Of a stretch of DNA of 64,000 nt, positions 10,682-19,541 are shown piece after piece. Both the position numbers and the translations under genes were made by a program. Within the stretch, counting starts at the first letter, position 1; each line of letters opens with the position of its first letter. The notes below the pieces were generated by a model that ran no database searches, was not told the DNA's origin, and saw only the letters and a program-made list of their open reading frames with translations. Location of the stretch: contig JBBIUY010000009.1 in assembly GCA_037440005.1 (NCBI GenBank), positions 1-64,000 of the forward strand, given 5' to 3'. This DNA comes from Armatimonadota bacterium. Its GTDB lineage: Bacteria; Sysuimicrobiota; Sysuimicrobiia; Sysuimicrobiales; Kaftiobacteriaceae.

Positions 10682-12802
10682 TCAGCGCCGGCGGTGCCGC
10701 CCTCCCCGGCGCGGCCGCGCCGGGCCGGCGGCCCGGCTGCCGGCGAAGAACGGCTCGCCCAGCCCCTTGCGCAGCTCGGCGATCTGGTCCCGCAGCACCG
10801 CGGCCTTCTCGAACTCCAGGTTGGCGGCGGCCCGCCGCATCTCCCGCTCCAGGGCCTCGATGGTCTGCTCCAGTTCCTGGGGCGACAGCATCAGCAGCCG
10901 GGCCACATCCCAGGGAACCCGGGCCCGCTGCTGCTCCGCCAGGGTGATCAGCTCCCGGGCGGTGAGGATTTCGGTGGACGGCTGATAGGTCTCCACCTCC
11001 TCGGCCACCTGCTCCAGGTCGATCATGTCCCGGATAGGCTTGACCACCGACCGGGGGGTGATGCCATGCTCCTGGTTGTACCGGAGCTGGATCTCCCGGC
11101 GGCGGTTGGTCTCCTCGATGGCCCGCCGCATGGAGTCGGTGACGTCGTCGGCGTAGAGGATCACCCGGCCGCTGATGTGCCGGGCCGCCCGCCCCATGGT
11201 CTGGATGAGGGCCGTCTCCGACCGCAGATAGCCTTCCCGGTCGGCGTCCAGGATGGCCACCAGGGACACCTCGGGCAGGTCCAGCCCCTCCCGCAGGAGG
11301 TTGATCCCCACGATGACGTCATAGGTGCCCAGGCGCAGGTCCTTGAGGATCTGCACCCGCTGCAGGGTGTCGATCTCCGAGTGCAGGTAGTGGACCCGCA
11401 GCCCCATCTCCTGCAGGTACGCGGTCAGGTCCTCGGCCATGCGCTTGGTGAGGGTGGTGACCAGGGTGCGTTCGCCCTTTCCCACCTGGGCCCGGATCTC
11501 GGCGATCAGGTCGTCCACCTGGCCCCGGGCCGGGCGCACCTCCACGTGGGGGTCCACCAGCCCGGTGGGGCGGACGATCTGCTCCACGATCTGCTGGCTG
11601 ACCTGCCGCTCGTACTCCCCGGGGGTGGCGGACACGAAGATCACCTGGTGGATCAGGCTCTCAAACTCCTCCCAGGACAGCGGGCGGTTGTCGTAGGCCG
11701 AGGGCAGCCGGAACCCGAAGTCCACCAGGTTCTTCTTGCGGGAGCGGTCGCCCTCCAACATCCCGTGCACCTGGGGGACGGTGACGTGGCTCTCGTCGAT
11801 GAACATCAGGTAATCCCGGGGGAAGTAGTCCAGCAGGCACCCCGGCCGCTCGCCGGGCCGGCGGCCGTCCAGGTGGCGGGAGTAGTTCTCGATCCCCGGG
11901 CAGTAGCCCACCTCCCGCAGCAGCTCCATGTCGTAGCGGGTGCGGAACTCCAGGCGCTGGGCCTCCAGCAGCTTGCCCTGGCTGCGGAACCACTCCACCC
12001 GCTCCCGCAGCTCCTCCTCGATGCTCCGCAGGGCCCGCTCCAGGCGGTCCTCGGTGGTGACCCAGTGCTTGGCGGGCCAGATGGCCACCGCCGTCTTCTC
12101 CTCCACCACCTCCCCGGTGAGGGGGTGCAGCTCCAGGATCCGGTCCACCTCGTCCCCGAACAGCTCCACCCGCACCGCGCGCTCCTCGTAGGAGGGCCAC
12201 ACCTCGATCACGTCGCCCCGGACCCGGAACCGGCCCCGGGCGAAGTCCACGTCGTTGCGCTCGTACTGGATGTCCACCAGCCGCCGGAGGATCTCCTCGC
12301 GGGTGCGCCGCTCGCCCCGGCGGATCAGGAGCATGACCTCCTTGTAGTCCTCGGGCCGGCCCAGGCCGAAGATGCAGGACACCGACGCCACCACGATCAC
12401 GTCCCGGCGCTCCATCAGCGCCTTGGTGGCCGCGTGCCGCAGCCGGTCGATCTCGTCGTTGATGGAGGCGTCTTTGCTGATGTACAGGTCCGTCTGGGGG
12501 ACGTAGGCCTCGGGCTGGTAGTAGTCGTAGTAGGAGACGAAGTAGCGCACCGCGTTGTGGGGGAAGAATTCCCGGAACTCGCTGTACAGCTGGGCCGCCA
12601 GGGTCTTGTTGTGGGCCAGGACCAGGGTGGGCCGCTGGACGGCCTCGATGACCCGGGCCATGGTGTACGTCTTCCCCGACCCCGTGACCCCCAGCAGGGT
12701 CTGATAGCGGTAGCCCCGGCGCAGGCCCTCCACCAGCTGGGCGATGGCCGTGGGCTGGTCGCCCCGGGGTTCCAGGTTGGTGACCATCCGAAACTCGGGC
12801 AT
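10682..12802 (-). CDS. uvrB: Excinuclease ABC subunit B
   Basis: [48 protein letters not shown]. Confidence 0.98.
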   Translation of the reverse strand: MPEFRMVTNLEPRGDQPTAIAQLVEGLRRGYRYQTLLGVTGSGKTYTMARVIEAVQRPTLVLAHNKTLAAQLYSEFREFFPHNAVRYFVSYYDYYQPEAYVPQTDLYISKDASINDEIDRLRHAATKALMERRDVIVVASVSCIFGLGRPEDYKEVMLLIRRGERRTREEILRRLVDIQYERNDVDFARGRFRVRGDVIEVWPSYEERAVRVELFGDEVDRILELHPLTGEVVEEKTAVAIWPAKHWVTTEDRLERALRSIEEELRERVEWFRSQGKLLEAQRLEFRTRYDMELLREVGYCPGIENYSRHLDGRRPGERPGCLLDYFPRDYLMFIDESHVTVPQVHGMLEGDRSRKKNLVDFGFRLPSAYDNRPLSWEEFESLIHQVIFVSATPGEYERQVSQQIVEQIVRPTGLVDPHVEVRPARGQVDDLIAEIRAQVGKGERTLVTTLTKRMAEDLTAYLQEMGLRVHYLHSEIDTLQRVQILKDLRLGTYDVIVGINLLREGLDLPEVSLVAILDADREGYLRSETALIQTMGRAARHISGRVILYADDVTDSMRRAIEETNRRREIQLRYNQEHGITPRSVVKPIRDMIDLEQVAEEVETYQPSTEILTARELITLAEQQRARVPWDVARLLMLSPQELEQTIEALEREMRRAAANLEFEKAAVLRDQIAELRKGLGEPFFAGSRAAGPARPRRGGRHRRR

Positions 12803-12809
12803 GGAGGTC

Positions 12810-12845
12810 GCTCCGCCGCGCGCGGAGCATAAAAAAAGTATACCA
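12810..12845 (-). promoter_or_regulatory. Extended -10 promoter and structured leader of uvrB
   Basis: TG-G-TATACT at 12845-12837, then a GCTCCGC/GCGGAGC hairpin containing the only GGAG upstream of the ATG. Confidence 0.55.
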
Positions 12846-12896
12846 TCGCCGGCCGCACGGGGACCACCGGTCCGGTGCAGGGCCCGCGGGCGCCGG

Positions 12897-13499
12897 TCAG
12901 CCGGCCAGTTCCTGCCAGAGGATGTCCACCTGGCGGCGGGTCTCCTCCAGGGAGCCCCCGTTGTGGATCACCCAGTCGGCCTCGGCCTCCTTCTCGGCTA
13001 CCGGCCGCTGGGCCGCCACCCGCCGCTCGGCCTCCTCCGGGGTCAGCTCGTCCCGGGCCACCAGCCTTCGGATCTGCTCCTCCCGGGGCGCGGTGACGAC
13101 GATGACCCCCTCCAGGTCGAACGCCTCGGGGCCGGTGGTGTCCAGCAGCAGCGGGATGTCCACGATGACCACGGCGTCCGGGGAGGTCTGCCGCACCCGG
13201 GCCACCTCCTCCCGGATGCGGCGGCGGATCTCCGGATGGGTGATGGCGTTCAGCCGGCGCCGGGCGGCTTCGTCGGAGAACACCAGCCGGGCCAGCGCCC
13301 GGCGGTCCAGGCGGCCGTCGGGCTGCACCACGCCGGGGCCGAAGGCCTCCACGATCCTGCGGTGGGCCTCGGTGCCCGGCTCCACCACCTCGCGGGCGAT
13401 CCGGTCGGCCTCGATGACCACCGCCCCCCGCTCGGCGAACATGCGCGCCACGGTGGTCACGCCGGTGGCGATGCCGCCGGTGAGGCCGATGACCTTCAT
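12897..13499 (-). CDS. coaE: Dephospho-CoA kinase with an atypical P-loop
   Basis: [10 protein letters not shown].., [42 protein letters not shown]; polA-coaE-uvrB order. Confidence 0.92.
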   Translation of the reverse strand: MKVIGLTGGIATGVTTVARMFAERGAVVIEADRIAREVVEPGTEAHRRIVEAFGPGVVQPDGRLDRRALARLVFSDEAARRRLNAITHPEIRRRIREEVARVRQTSPDAVVIVDIPLLLDTTGPEAFDLEGVIVVTAPREEQIRRLVARDELTPEEAERRVAAQRPVAEKEAEADWVIHNGGSLEETRRQVDILWQELAG

Positions 13500-13551
13500 G
13501 CCGCCTGCGGGCTCCCGGCCCGCCGCCCGTCGCCCCCGCCGAGTCCGGCCG

Positions 13552-16221
13552 TCATGCCAGCGGCTCCATGTCCCGCCAGTTGGGCCCCACCTTCAGGTCC
13601 ACCCGCAGGGGCACCGCCAGGGGGTACGCCCTCTCCATGACCTCCCGCACCTGCCGGCCCAGCTCCGCGGCGGCGGCGGATGGGACCTCGAACAGCAGTT
13701 CGTCGTGGATCTGCAAGATCATCAGCGCGCCGGGAAAGCGGGGCAGCACCTGCCGGGCCAGGTCCACCATCGCCTTCTTGATGATGTCGGCGCTGCTGCC
13801 CTGGATGGGGGTGTTGATGGCGGTGCGCTCGGCGGCCTCGCGGATGGGCCGGTTGCGGGTGTGCACCTCGGGGATGTAGCGGCGGCGGTTGAGCAGGGTG
13901 GTGACGTAGCCGTCCCGCCGCGCCCGCTCCACGATCTCCTGCATGTACCGCCGGACCCCCGGGTAGCGCTCGTAGTAGCGCTCAATGTAGGCCCGGGCCT
14001 CGGCCTTGCCGATCCCCAGCTGGGCGGCCACCCCGAACTCGCTCATGCCGTACGCTACCCCGAAGACGATGGTCTTGGCCCGGCGGCGCAGTTCGGGGGT
14101 GACGGCCTCCCGGGGGACGCCGAACAGCTCGCTGGCGGTGACGGCGTGGATGTCCTCGCCGCGGGCGAAGGCGTCCACCAGGCCGGGATCCCGGGTGATG
14201 TGGGCCAGGACCCGCAGGTCGATCTGGGAGTAGTCGGCGCCCAGCAGGACCCGCCCCGGGCCGGCCACGATGGCGCGGCGGATCTTGCGCCCCTCGTCGG
14301 TCCGGATGGGCAGGTTCTGCAGGTTGGGGTCGGTGGTGATGACCCGGCCGGTGGCGGCCACCGTCTGGTTGAAGGTGGCGTGGACGCGCCCGGTGGCCGG
14401 GTGGACCATGGCGGGCAGCACGTCCACGTAGGTGGTCTTGAGCTTGGTCAGTTCCCGGTGGGCGACGATCTTGGCCACGATCTCGTGCTGGGGAGCCAGG
14501 TACTCCAGCACCTCGGCGTCGGTGGAGTAGCCGGTCTTGGTCTTCTTCACCGGGGGCAGCTGCAGCTTCTCGAACAGGACGAACGCCAGCTGGCGGGGGG
14601 AGCTGATGTTGAACTCGGTCCCCGCCAGCCGGTAGATCTCCGCCGCCAGCTCCGCCAGGCGCCGGTCCAGCTCCGCCGACAGGTCCCGGAGATACGGCAC
14701 GTCCACCGCCACCCCGGCCGCCTCCATGTCGGCCAGGACCGCCGCCAGGGGCATCTCGATCTGGACGAACAGGTCGTAGACCTCCCGCTCCCGCATCCGC
14801 TCTTCCAGCACCGGCCGCAGCCGCAGCAGCGCGTCGGCCGCCCGGCAGGCCTCGGCCACCGGGTCCCGGTCCAGGCCCAGCCCGTCGCCGGCATCGTCGC
14901 CCTCGCGCACCCGCCAGCCCAAAAACTCCCACGCCGCCGTCTCCAGGGTGTGAGTCCGCCGCCCGGGGTTGAGAAGGTAGGACGCGATCCCCACGTCAAA
15001 GTCCAGGCCGCGGGGGTGGATCCCCAGCCGGCGCAGGGTGTGCAGGTCGGCTTTGACGTCGCCGCTGACCTTGCGCGCCGGGCCTTCCAGGGCGGCGCGC
15101 AGTTCCGCCGGCGGGTCCCCGGGCACCGGCAGGCACAGGGCCGTCCCGGGAGCCGGGCAGACGGCCAGGCCCGTCAGGCGGGCCTGGAAGGGGTGGCCGG
15201 GTTCCCGCACCAGGTACAGCCCCACCTCGGCCGCGCCCTGCAGGGCGGCGGCCAGGGTGCCGGCGTCGGCCTGGCGGTACTCCCCCGCCGGTGCCTCCGA
15301 TGCCGCTCCTACCCGTTCCAGCAGGCTCTTGAACTCCAGATCGGCCAGCAGGGCCCGCAGGCGCGCCCGGTCCGGCGGCCGGCGGCGCAGGTCGTCCCAC
15401 GTCCACCGCACCGGCACGTCGGTGACGATGGTGGCCAGCCGCCGGCTCTCCCGCATCTGGTCGGCGTGGGCCCGCAGGACGTCCCGCAGACGGGAGGGCG
15501 CCTGATCCACCCGGGCCAGCAGGGCGTCCAGGGTACCGAAGGTCTGGATCAGCTGGCGGGCGGTCTTCTCCCCCACCCCCGGCACGCCCGGGAGGTTGTC
15601 GGTGGGATCGCCGGTCAGCCCCTTGTAGTCGGGCAGGCGGGCAGGCTCAAAGCCAAAACGCGCCCGGAACGCCTCCACGTCGTAGACGGTGGTGTCGGTG
15701 ATGCCGCGGCTGGTCACCATCACCCGGATGCGGTCGTCCACCAGCTGCAGGACGTCCAGGTCGCCGCTGACGATCAGGACGTCGGCGCCTTCCGCCGCCG
15801 CCCGGCGGGCGATGGTGCCCAGGACGTCGTCCGCCTCGAACCCCTCCACCTCGAAGATGGGCACCGCCAGGGCCTGCAGGATCTCCTTGGCCAGGGCCAG
15901 CTGGGGCCGCAGATCGTCGGGCATCCGCTGGCGGGTCGCCTTGTACTCCCGGTACTGGACGTGGCGGAAGGTGGGGGCGGCCCGGTCGAAGGCGGCGGCC
16001 ACGTAGTCGGGTCGCTCCTCCTCCAGGATCTTGAGCACCATGGTGGTGAATCCGTAGACGGCATTGGTGGGCCGGCCGTCGCTGGTGGTGAAGTAGGGCA
16101 GCGCGAAAAACGCCCGGTAGACCAGCCCGTTGGCGTCGATGAGGACCAGCAGGGGCGGGCGGTCTCCGTCCGCCCGCTCCACGCCGACTGCCCGGGGCTG
16201 CCCGGCCGTCTCGGCGGTCAT
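13552..16221 (-). CDS. polA: DNA polymerase I
   Basis: 5'-3' exonuclease (LIDANGLVYRAFFA, EADDVLG, SGDLD, GDPTDNLPGVPGVGEKTA) and polymerase motifs A, B and C (ADYSQIDLR, RRRAKTIVFG..YG, LQIHDEL). Confidence 0.97.
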   Translation of the reverse strand: MTAETAGQPRAVGVERADGDRPPLLVLIDANGLVYRAFFALPYFTTSDGRPTNAVYGFTTMVLKILEEERPDYVAAAFDRAAPTFRHVQYREYKATRQRMPDDLRPQLALAKEILQALAVPIFEVEGFEADDVLGTIARRAAAEGADVLIVSGDLDVLQLVDDRIRVMVTSRGITDTTVYDVEAFRARFGFEPARLPDYKGLTGDPTDNLPGVPGVGEKTARQLIQTFGTLDALLARVDQAPSRLRDVLRAHADQMRESRRLATIVTDVPVRWTWDDLRRRPPDRARLRALLADLEFKSLLERVGAASEAPAGEYRQADAGTLAAALQGAAEVGLYLVREPGHPFQARLTGLAVCPAPGTALCLPVPGDPPAELRAALEGPARKVSGDVKADLHTLRRLGIHPRGLDFDVGIASYLLNPGRRTHTLETAAWEFLGWRVREGDDAGDGLGLDRDPVAEACRAADALLRLRPVLEERMREREVYDLFVQIEMPLAAVLADMEAAGVAVDVPYLRDLSAELDRRLAELAAEIYRLAGTEFNISSPRQLAFVLFEKLQLPPVKKTKTGYSTDAEVLEYLAPQHEIVAKIVAHRELTKLKTTYVDVLPAMVHPATGRVHATFNQTVAATGRVITTDPNLQNLPIRTDEGRKIRRAIVAGPGRVLLGADYSQIDLRVLAHITRDPGLVDAFARGEDIHAVTASELFGVPREAVTPELRRRAKTIVFGVAYGMSEFGVAAQLGIGKAEARAYIERYYERYPGVRRYMQEIVERARRDGYVTTLLNRRRYIPEVHTRNRPIREAAERTAINTPIQGSSADIIKKAMVDLARQVLPRFPGALMILQIHDELLFEVPSAAAAELGRQVREVMERAYPLAVPLRVDLKVGPNWRDMEPLA

Positions 16222-16291
16222 GGCGCAGGTGGTCTTCGCCCCCGGCGCATCCGGCCCCTACGCCCCGCCCCCGCGCACGCCGCGCCGGCAC

Positions 16292-16380
16292 TGGTGCCGG
16301 GGGTGGGAGTCGAACCCACACGGGCGCCTCAGCCCGACAGATTTTGAGTCTGCCGCGTCTGCCAGTTCCGCCACCCCGGC
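16292..16380 (-). tRNA. tRNA-Leu(CAA)
   Basis: GCCGGGG acceptor stem, GCAGA-CTCAAAA-TCTGT anticodon arm, long variable arm, GGTTCGACTCC T-arm, ACCA end. Confidence 0.96.
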
Positions 16381-16393
16381 ACCCGTCACCGCT

Positions 16394-16467
16394 ATTATAC
16401 GGCCGCGGGCGGGACGCAGCCCGTGGCGGGAGGACGCCTTGCCCGGACCGGCGGCGCCTCCTATGAT
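16394..16467. promoter_or_regulatory. Divergent promoters for tRNA-Leu/polA (minus) and ttuB-ttuA (plus)
   Basis: Minus-strand TATAAT at 16399-16394; plus-strand TTGCCC (16439-16444), 17 nt, TATGAT (16462-16467). Confidence 0.65.
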
Positions 16468-16536
16468 GGCCCTGGGCGGAGCGGACGTCCGTCCGGATGT
16501 GCCCGGGCGGGAACGGCGGACCGGCGGAGGTGCGCC

Positions 16537-17697
16537 ATGAAGGTCAGGATTCGCCACCAGCGGCGGGAGGTGGAGGTCGCCGGATCCGGGCGGGTGCGGG
16601 ACGTCCTGGCCCGGCTGGGGATCAACCCCGAGGCCGTGCTGGTGATCCGCGACGACGCCCTGGTGCCCCTGGACGCCGAGGTGGGTCCCGACGACACCCT
16701 GGAAGTCCGGCCGGTGGTCTCCGGCGGAGCCCCCCGGTGCGACCGCTGCGGCCAGCCCGCCGCCGTGGACGTGCGGCGGCACCGGGCCACCTACTGCGGC
16801 CCGCACTTTCTGGAGTGGTTCGAGCGCCAGGTGCAGCGGGCCGTGGTCTCCGAGCGGATGTTCACGCCCCAGGACAAGATCCTGGTGGCGGTGTCGGGGG
16901 GCAAGGACAGCCTGGCGTTGTGGGACGTCCTGGTGCGGCTGGGCTACCAGGCCACCGGCCTCCACGTGCACCTGGGCCTGGGCGAGTACTCGGACGCCTC
17001 CCAGCGGGCCTGCGAGGCCTTCGCCCGCGCCCGGGGGACGCCGCTGCTGGTCGCCCACCTGCCCGCCGTGGCCGGGGCGGGCGTGGACGACCTGGCGCGG
17101 GCGAGCGGGCGGCCGCCCTGCTCCGCCTGCGGGCTGTCCAAGCGCTACCTGTTCAACAGGATCGCCCTGGAGCACGGCTTTGACGTGGTGGCCACCGCCC
17201 ACAACCTGGACGACGAGGCGGCCCTGCTGCTGGGCAACCTGATCGCCGGGCAGCCCGACGCCCTGGCGCGGATGGCTCCCGTGCTGGAGGCGGGGCCGGG
17301 CCTGGTCCGCCGGGTGAAGCCGCTGTTCCGGATCGCCGAGCGGGAGACGGCCGCCTACTGCGTCCTGCGCGGGATCGACTACATCCTGGAGGAGTGTCCC
17401 CGCAGCGTCGGCGCCCGCCAGCTGGTGATCAAGGAGGCCCTGAACGTGATCGAGGCGGACGCCCCCGGCAGCAAGCAGGCGCTGTACTGGAACTTCCTGG
17501 AGCACGTCCGGCCGGCGCTGGCGCGGCACCGTCCCCCGGCGGCCCTGCGGGCCTGCGCGCACTGCGGCCAGCCCACCACCGCCGAGGTGTGCGCCTTCTG
17601 CCGCATGACCGAGCGGGCCGCCCGCCACCTGCGGGTCCGCGCGCAGCCGGCCGCAGCGGCCGGGGCCGGCACGCCCGCAGTCCCCGCCTCCGGGTGA
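16537..17697 (+). CDS. ttuA: Fusion of a ThiS/TtuB ubiquitin-like sulfur carrier (aa 1-64) and the tRNA 2-thiouridine sulfurtransferase TtuA
   Basis: GGAGG then ATG at 16537. A beta-grasp domain ending LEVRPVVSGG continues in frame into CDRC..YCGPHF, the PP-loop SGGKDS, CSACG, AHNLDDEA, EECP and C-terminal CAHC..CAFC. Confidence 0.9.
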   Translation: MKVRIRHQRREVEVAGSGRVRDVLARLGINPEAVLVIRDDALVPLDAEVGPDDTLEVRPVVSGGAPRCDRCGQPAAVDVRRHRATYCGPHFLEWFERQVQRAVVSERMFTPQDKILVAVSGGKDSLALWDVLVRLGYQATGLHVHLGLGEYSDASQRACEAFARARGTPLLVAHLPAVAGAGVDDLARASGRPPCSACGLSKRYLFNRIALEHGFDVVATAHNLDDEAALLLGNLIAGQPDALARMAPVLEAGPGLVRRVKPLFRIAERETAAYCVLRGIDYILEECPRSVGARQLVIKEALNVIEADAPGSKQALYWNFLEHVRPALARHRPPAALRACAHCGQPTTAEVCAFCRMTERAARHLRVRAQPAAAAGAGTPAVPASG

Positions 17698-17713
17698 GGC
17701 GGCCCGCCGGAGG

Positions 17714-18850
17714 CTACCGCAGGATCTCCAGATACCGGCGCAGCAGCGCCCGGCGCAGCCGGGTCGTCCCCGCCACAGCCGCGGCCGCCGCCACGAGCAG
17801 AGGGGGCAGGGCCAGCAGCGCCTCGTTCATCCACCGCAGGACCCGGTACGGCCCGCGGGCGGTCCGGACGTAGGCACGGAAGGCCTGCTGGGCGTCCTGC
17901 AGGGAGAGCGTCCCCCGGGCAACCTCCCGCACCAGCGACCCGCACCGCCAGCCCGCCAGCAGGGCGGTGCGGATGCCTTCTCCCGTCAGGGGCAGGCAGT
18001 GGCCCCCGGCGTCGCCGACCACGAACACCCCGTCCCGCACCGGCTCGTCCGGCCCCCCGGCCAGGAACCCGCCGTGAAATCCGTGCGGTCGCAGCCCCCA
18101 CCGCCCCAGAAACCGCTCCAGCGCCCCGCGCAGGGCGCTGCGGCCGCGGTAGCTGAGGACCCCCGCCCGCACCCGCCCGCCGGCCGGGAACAGCCAGGCG
18201 TAGCCGTCGGGCGCTTCCGGCACGAAGTAAAAGTGCAGCCCGGGCTCGGCGCAGCCGTCCACCTCGGTTTCCAGGCCGAACGCCCGCCACCGCCGGGACC
18301 GCGGCGGGCCCGCCAGGGATGACCGCCAGCCGGTGGCGTCGATCAGGTAGCGGGCCCGCACCGGCCCCGCCGACGTGCGCGCTACGGCTCCGTCCCGGCC
18401 CCGGACCGCCGCGCGCACCACCTGCGCCGACGTCCGGGCCAGGGCCAGGGCGCAGAACAGCCGGTAGTCGAAGGTGCAGAACGGCTCGGGAAGCGGCCAG
18501 CGCACCTCCCTGCCGGCGACGTGGATGACCAGGTGACGGTGGACCTGCCGGACCGCCCCGGCGGCCCCGGCGGCCTCCACGAGCGAGAGGGGGGCGGCGC
18601 ACGCCGACGTCACGCCGTCGCCCACCGGGAGGGGGTCGACCAGGACCACCCGCAGGTCGCCGTCGCCGGCGGGGGCCAGGCGCTGGGCGGCGGCCAGACC
18701 CGCGAAACTGGCACCGGCGATGAGGACGTCGGCGTCGCGCGGACACTCGAGCGCGCCGACCGCAGGCTCTCTCGCGGCAGGGCCGATCTCCGCGCGCCCG
18801 CCTGTCCCCGCGTCCGCGGCCCTGTCACTCCACCGGCCGGGCGTGCTCAA
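17714..18850 (-). CDS. FAD-dependent oxidoreductase, geranylgeranyl reductase-like (start uncertain)
   Basis: DVLIAGASFAGLAAA, IDATG, GYAWLFP, VGDAGG..PLTGEGI motifs. Confidence 0.8.
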   Translation of the reverse strand: MSTPGRWSDRAADAGTGGRAEIGPAAREPAVGALECPRDADVLIAGASFAGLAAAQRLAPAGDGDLRVVLVDPLPVGDGVTSACAAPLSLVEAAGAAGAVRQVHRHLVIHVAGREVRWPLPEPFCTFDYRLFCALALARTSAQVVRAAVRGRDGAVARTSAGPVRARYLIDATGWRSSLAGPPRSRRWRAFGLETEVDGCAEPGLHFYFVPEAPDGYAWLFPAGGRVRAGVLSYRGRSALRGALERFLGRWGLRPHGFHGGFLAGGPDEPVRDGVFVVGDAGGHCLPLTGEGIRTALLAGWRCGSLVREVARGTLSLQDAQQAFRAYVRTARGPYRVLRWMNEALLALPPLLVAAAAAVAGTTRLRRALLRRYLEILR

Positions 18851-19538
18851 AGGTGAACGTCCCCTTGTAGGCGGGGACCACCAGGGCGTCTTTGCGGGTG
18901 ATGGTGATCTGCAGCCCCAGCGCCCGCAGCCCCTCCACCAGCCCTCCCCGGATGGTGAGGGCGCCTTCCAGGGTGTCCGGGTCGCCCAGGGCCACGATCA
19001 CGAACGGCCCGGTCAGGCGCTGCAGGTTCGCCACCACGGTGCCGCCCACCTGGCTGATCCCGGTGGTGGCCGTGATCCTCTGCCCGTTGACGGCCACCGC
19101 CTCGGCGCCGGCGGCCCACAGCTCGTTGATGACCGCCACCAGGTCCTGGTAGGTCACCACCACCGGCGGCCCTCCCTTGGGCTGCTCCCGGGGGTCCTCC
19201 AGGCGCACCACCACCCCCGGCCCCCGCATCGCCTTCAGCCCCAGGGCCACCCGCAACGTCTCCAGCTCGCGCCCCATGGCCTCGGCGAGACTGCGGCCCT
19301 CACTGGCGGCCCGCTCGTAGGTCTGCAGCCGGCGGCGCAGCTCGGTGACCTGGGCCTCCAGGCCCCGGCGGGCGGTCTGCTCTTCCCGCAGCAGCGTCGC
19401 CAGAGCGTACACGTTGCGGGTGGGGATCTCCGGCTGCTGGGACAGGGCCCGGCTGGCCCGGAGGTGGGCGACCACCACAAACCCCATGGCCGCCAGGGTG
19501 ACGGTGATCAGCAGGTAGGGGGCCGACGGCCGCCGCAT
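18825..19538 (-). CDS. DUF881 family membrane-anchored coiled-coil protein
   Basis: N-terminal TM, coiled coil, GL...GPGV.V.LED, DL..VINELWAAGAEAVAVNGQRI. Confidence 0.88.
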   Translation of the reverse strand: MRRPSAPYLLITVTLAAMGFVVVAHLRASRALSQQPEIPTRNVYALATLLREEQTARRGLEAQVTELRRRLQTYERAASEGRSLAEAMGRELETLRVALGLKAMRGPGVVVRLEDPREQPKGGPPVVVTYQDLVAVINELWAAGAEAVAVNGQRITATTGISQVGGTVVANLQRLTGPFVIVALGDPDTLEGALTIRGGLVEGLRALGLQITITRKDALVVPAYKGTFTFEHARPVE

Positions 19539-19541
19539 GGC

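Noticed and set aside
6689..12832. Very long plus-strand ORFs (6689-12832, 12922-16347, 20154-26588, 40984-44061, 48428-52843)
   Set aside because: They lie antisense to clearly identified genes and show no recognisable motifs; long shadow frames are expected with extreme GC codon bias.
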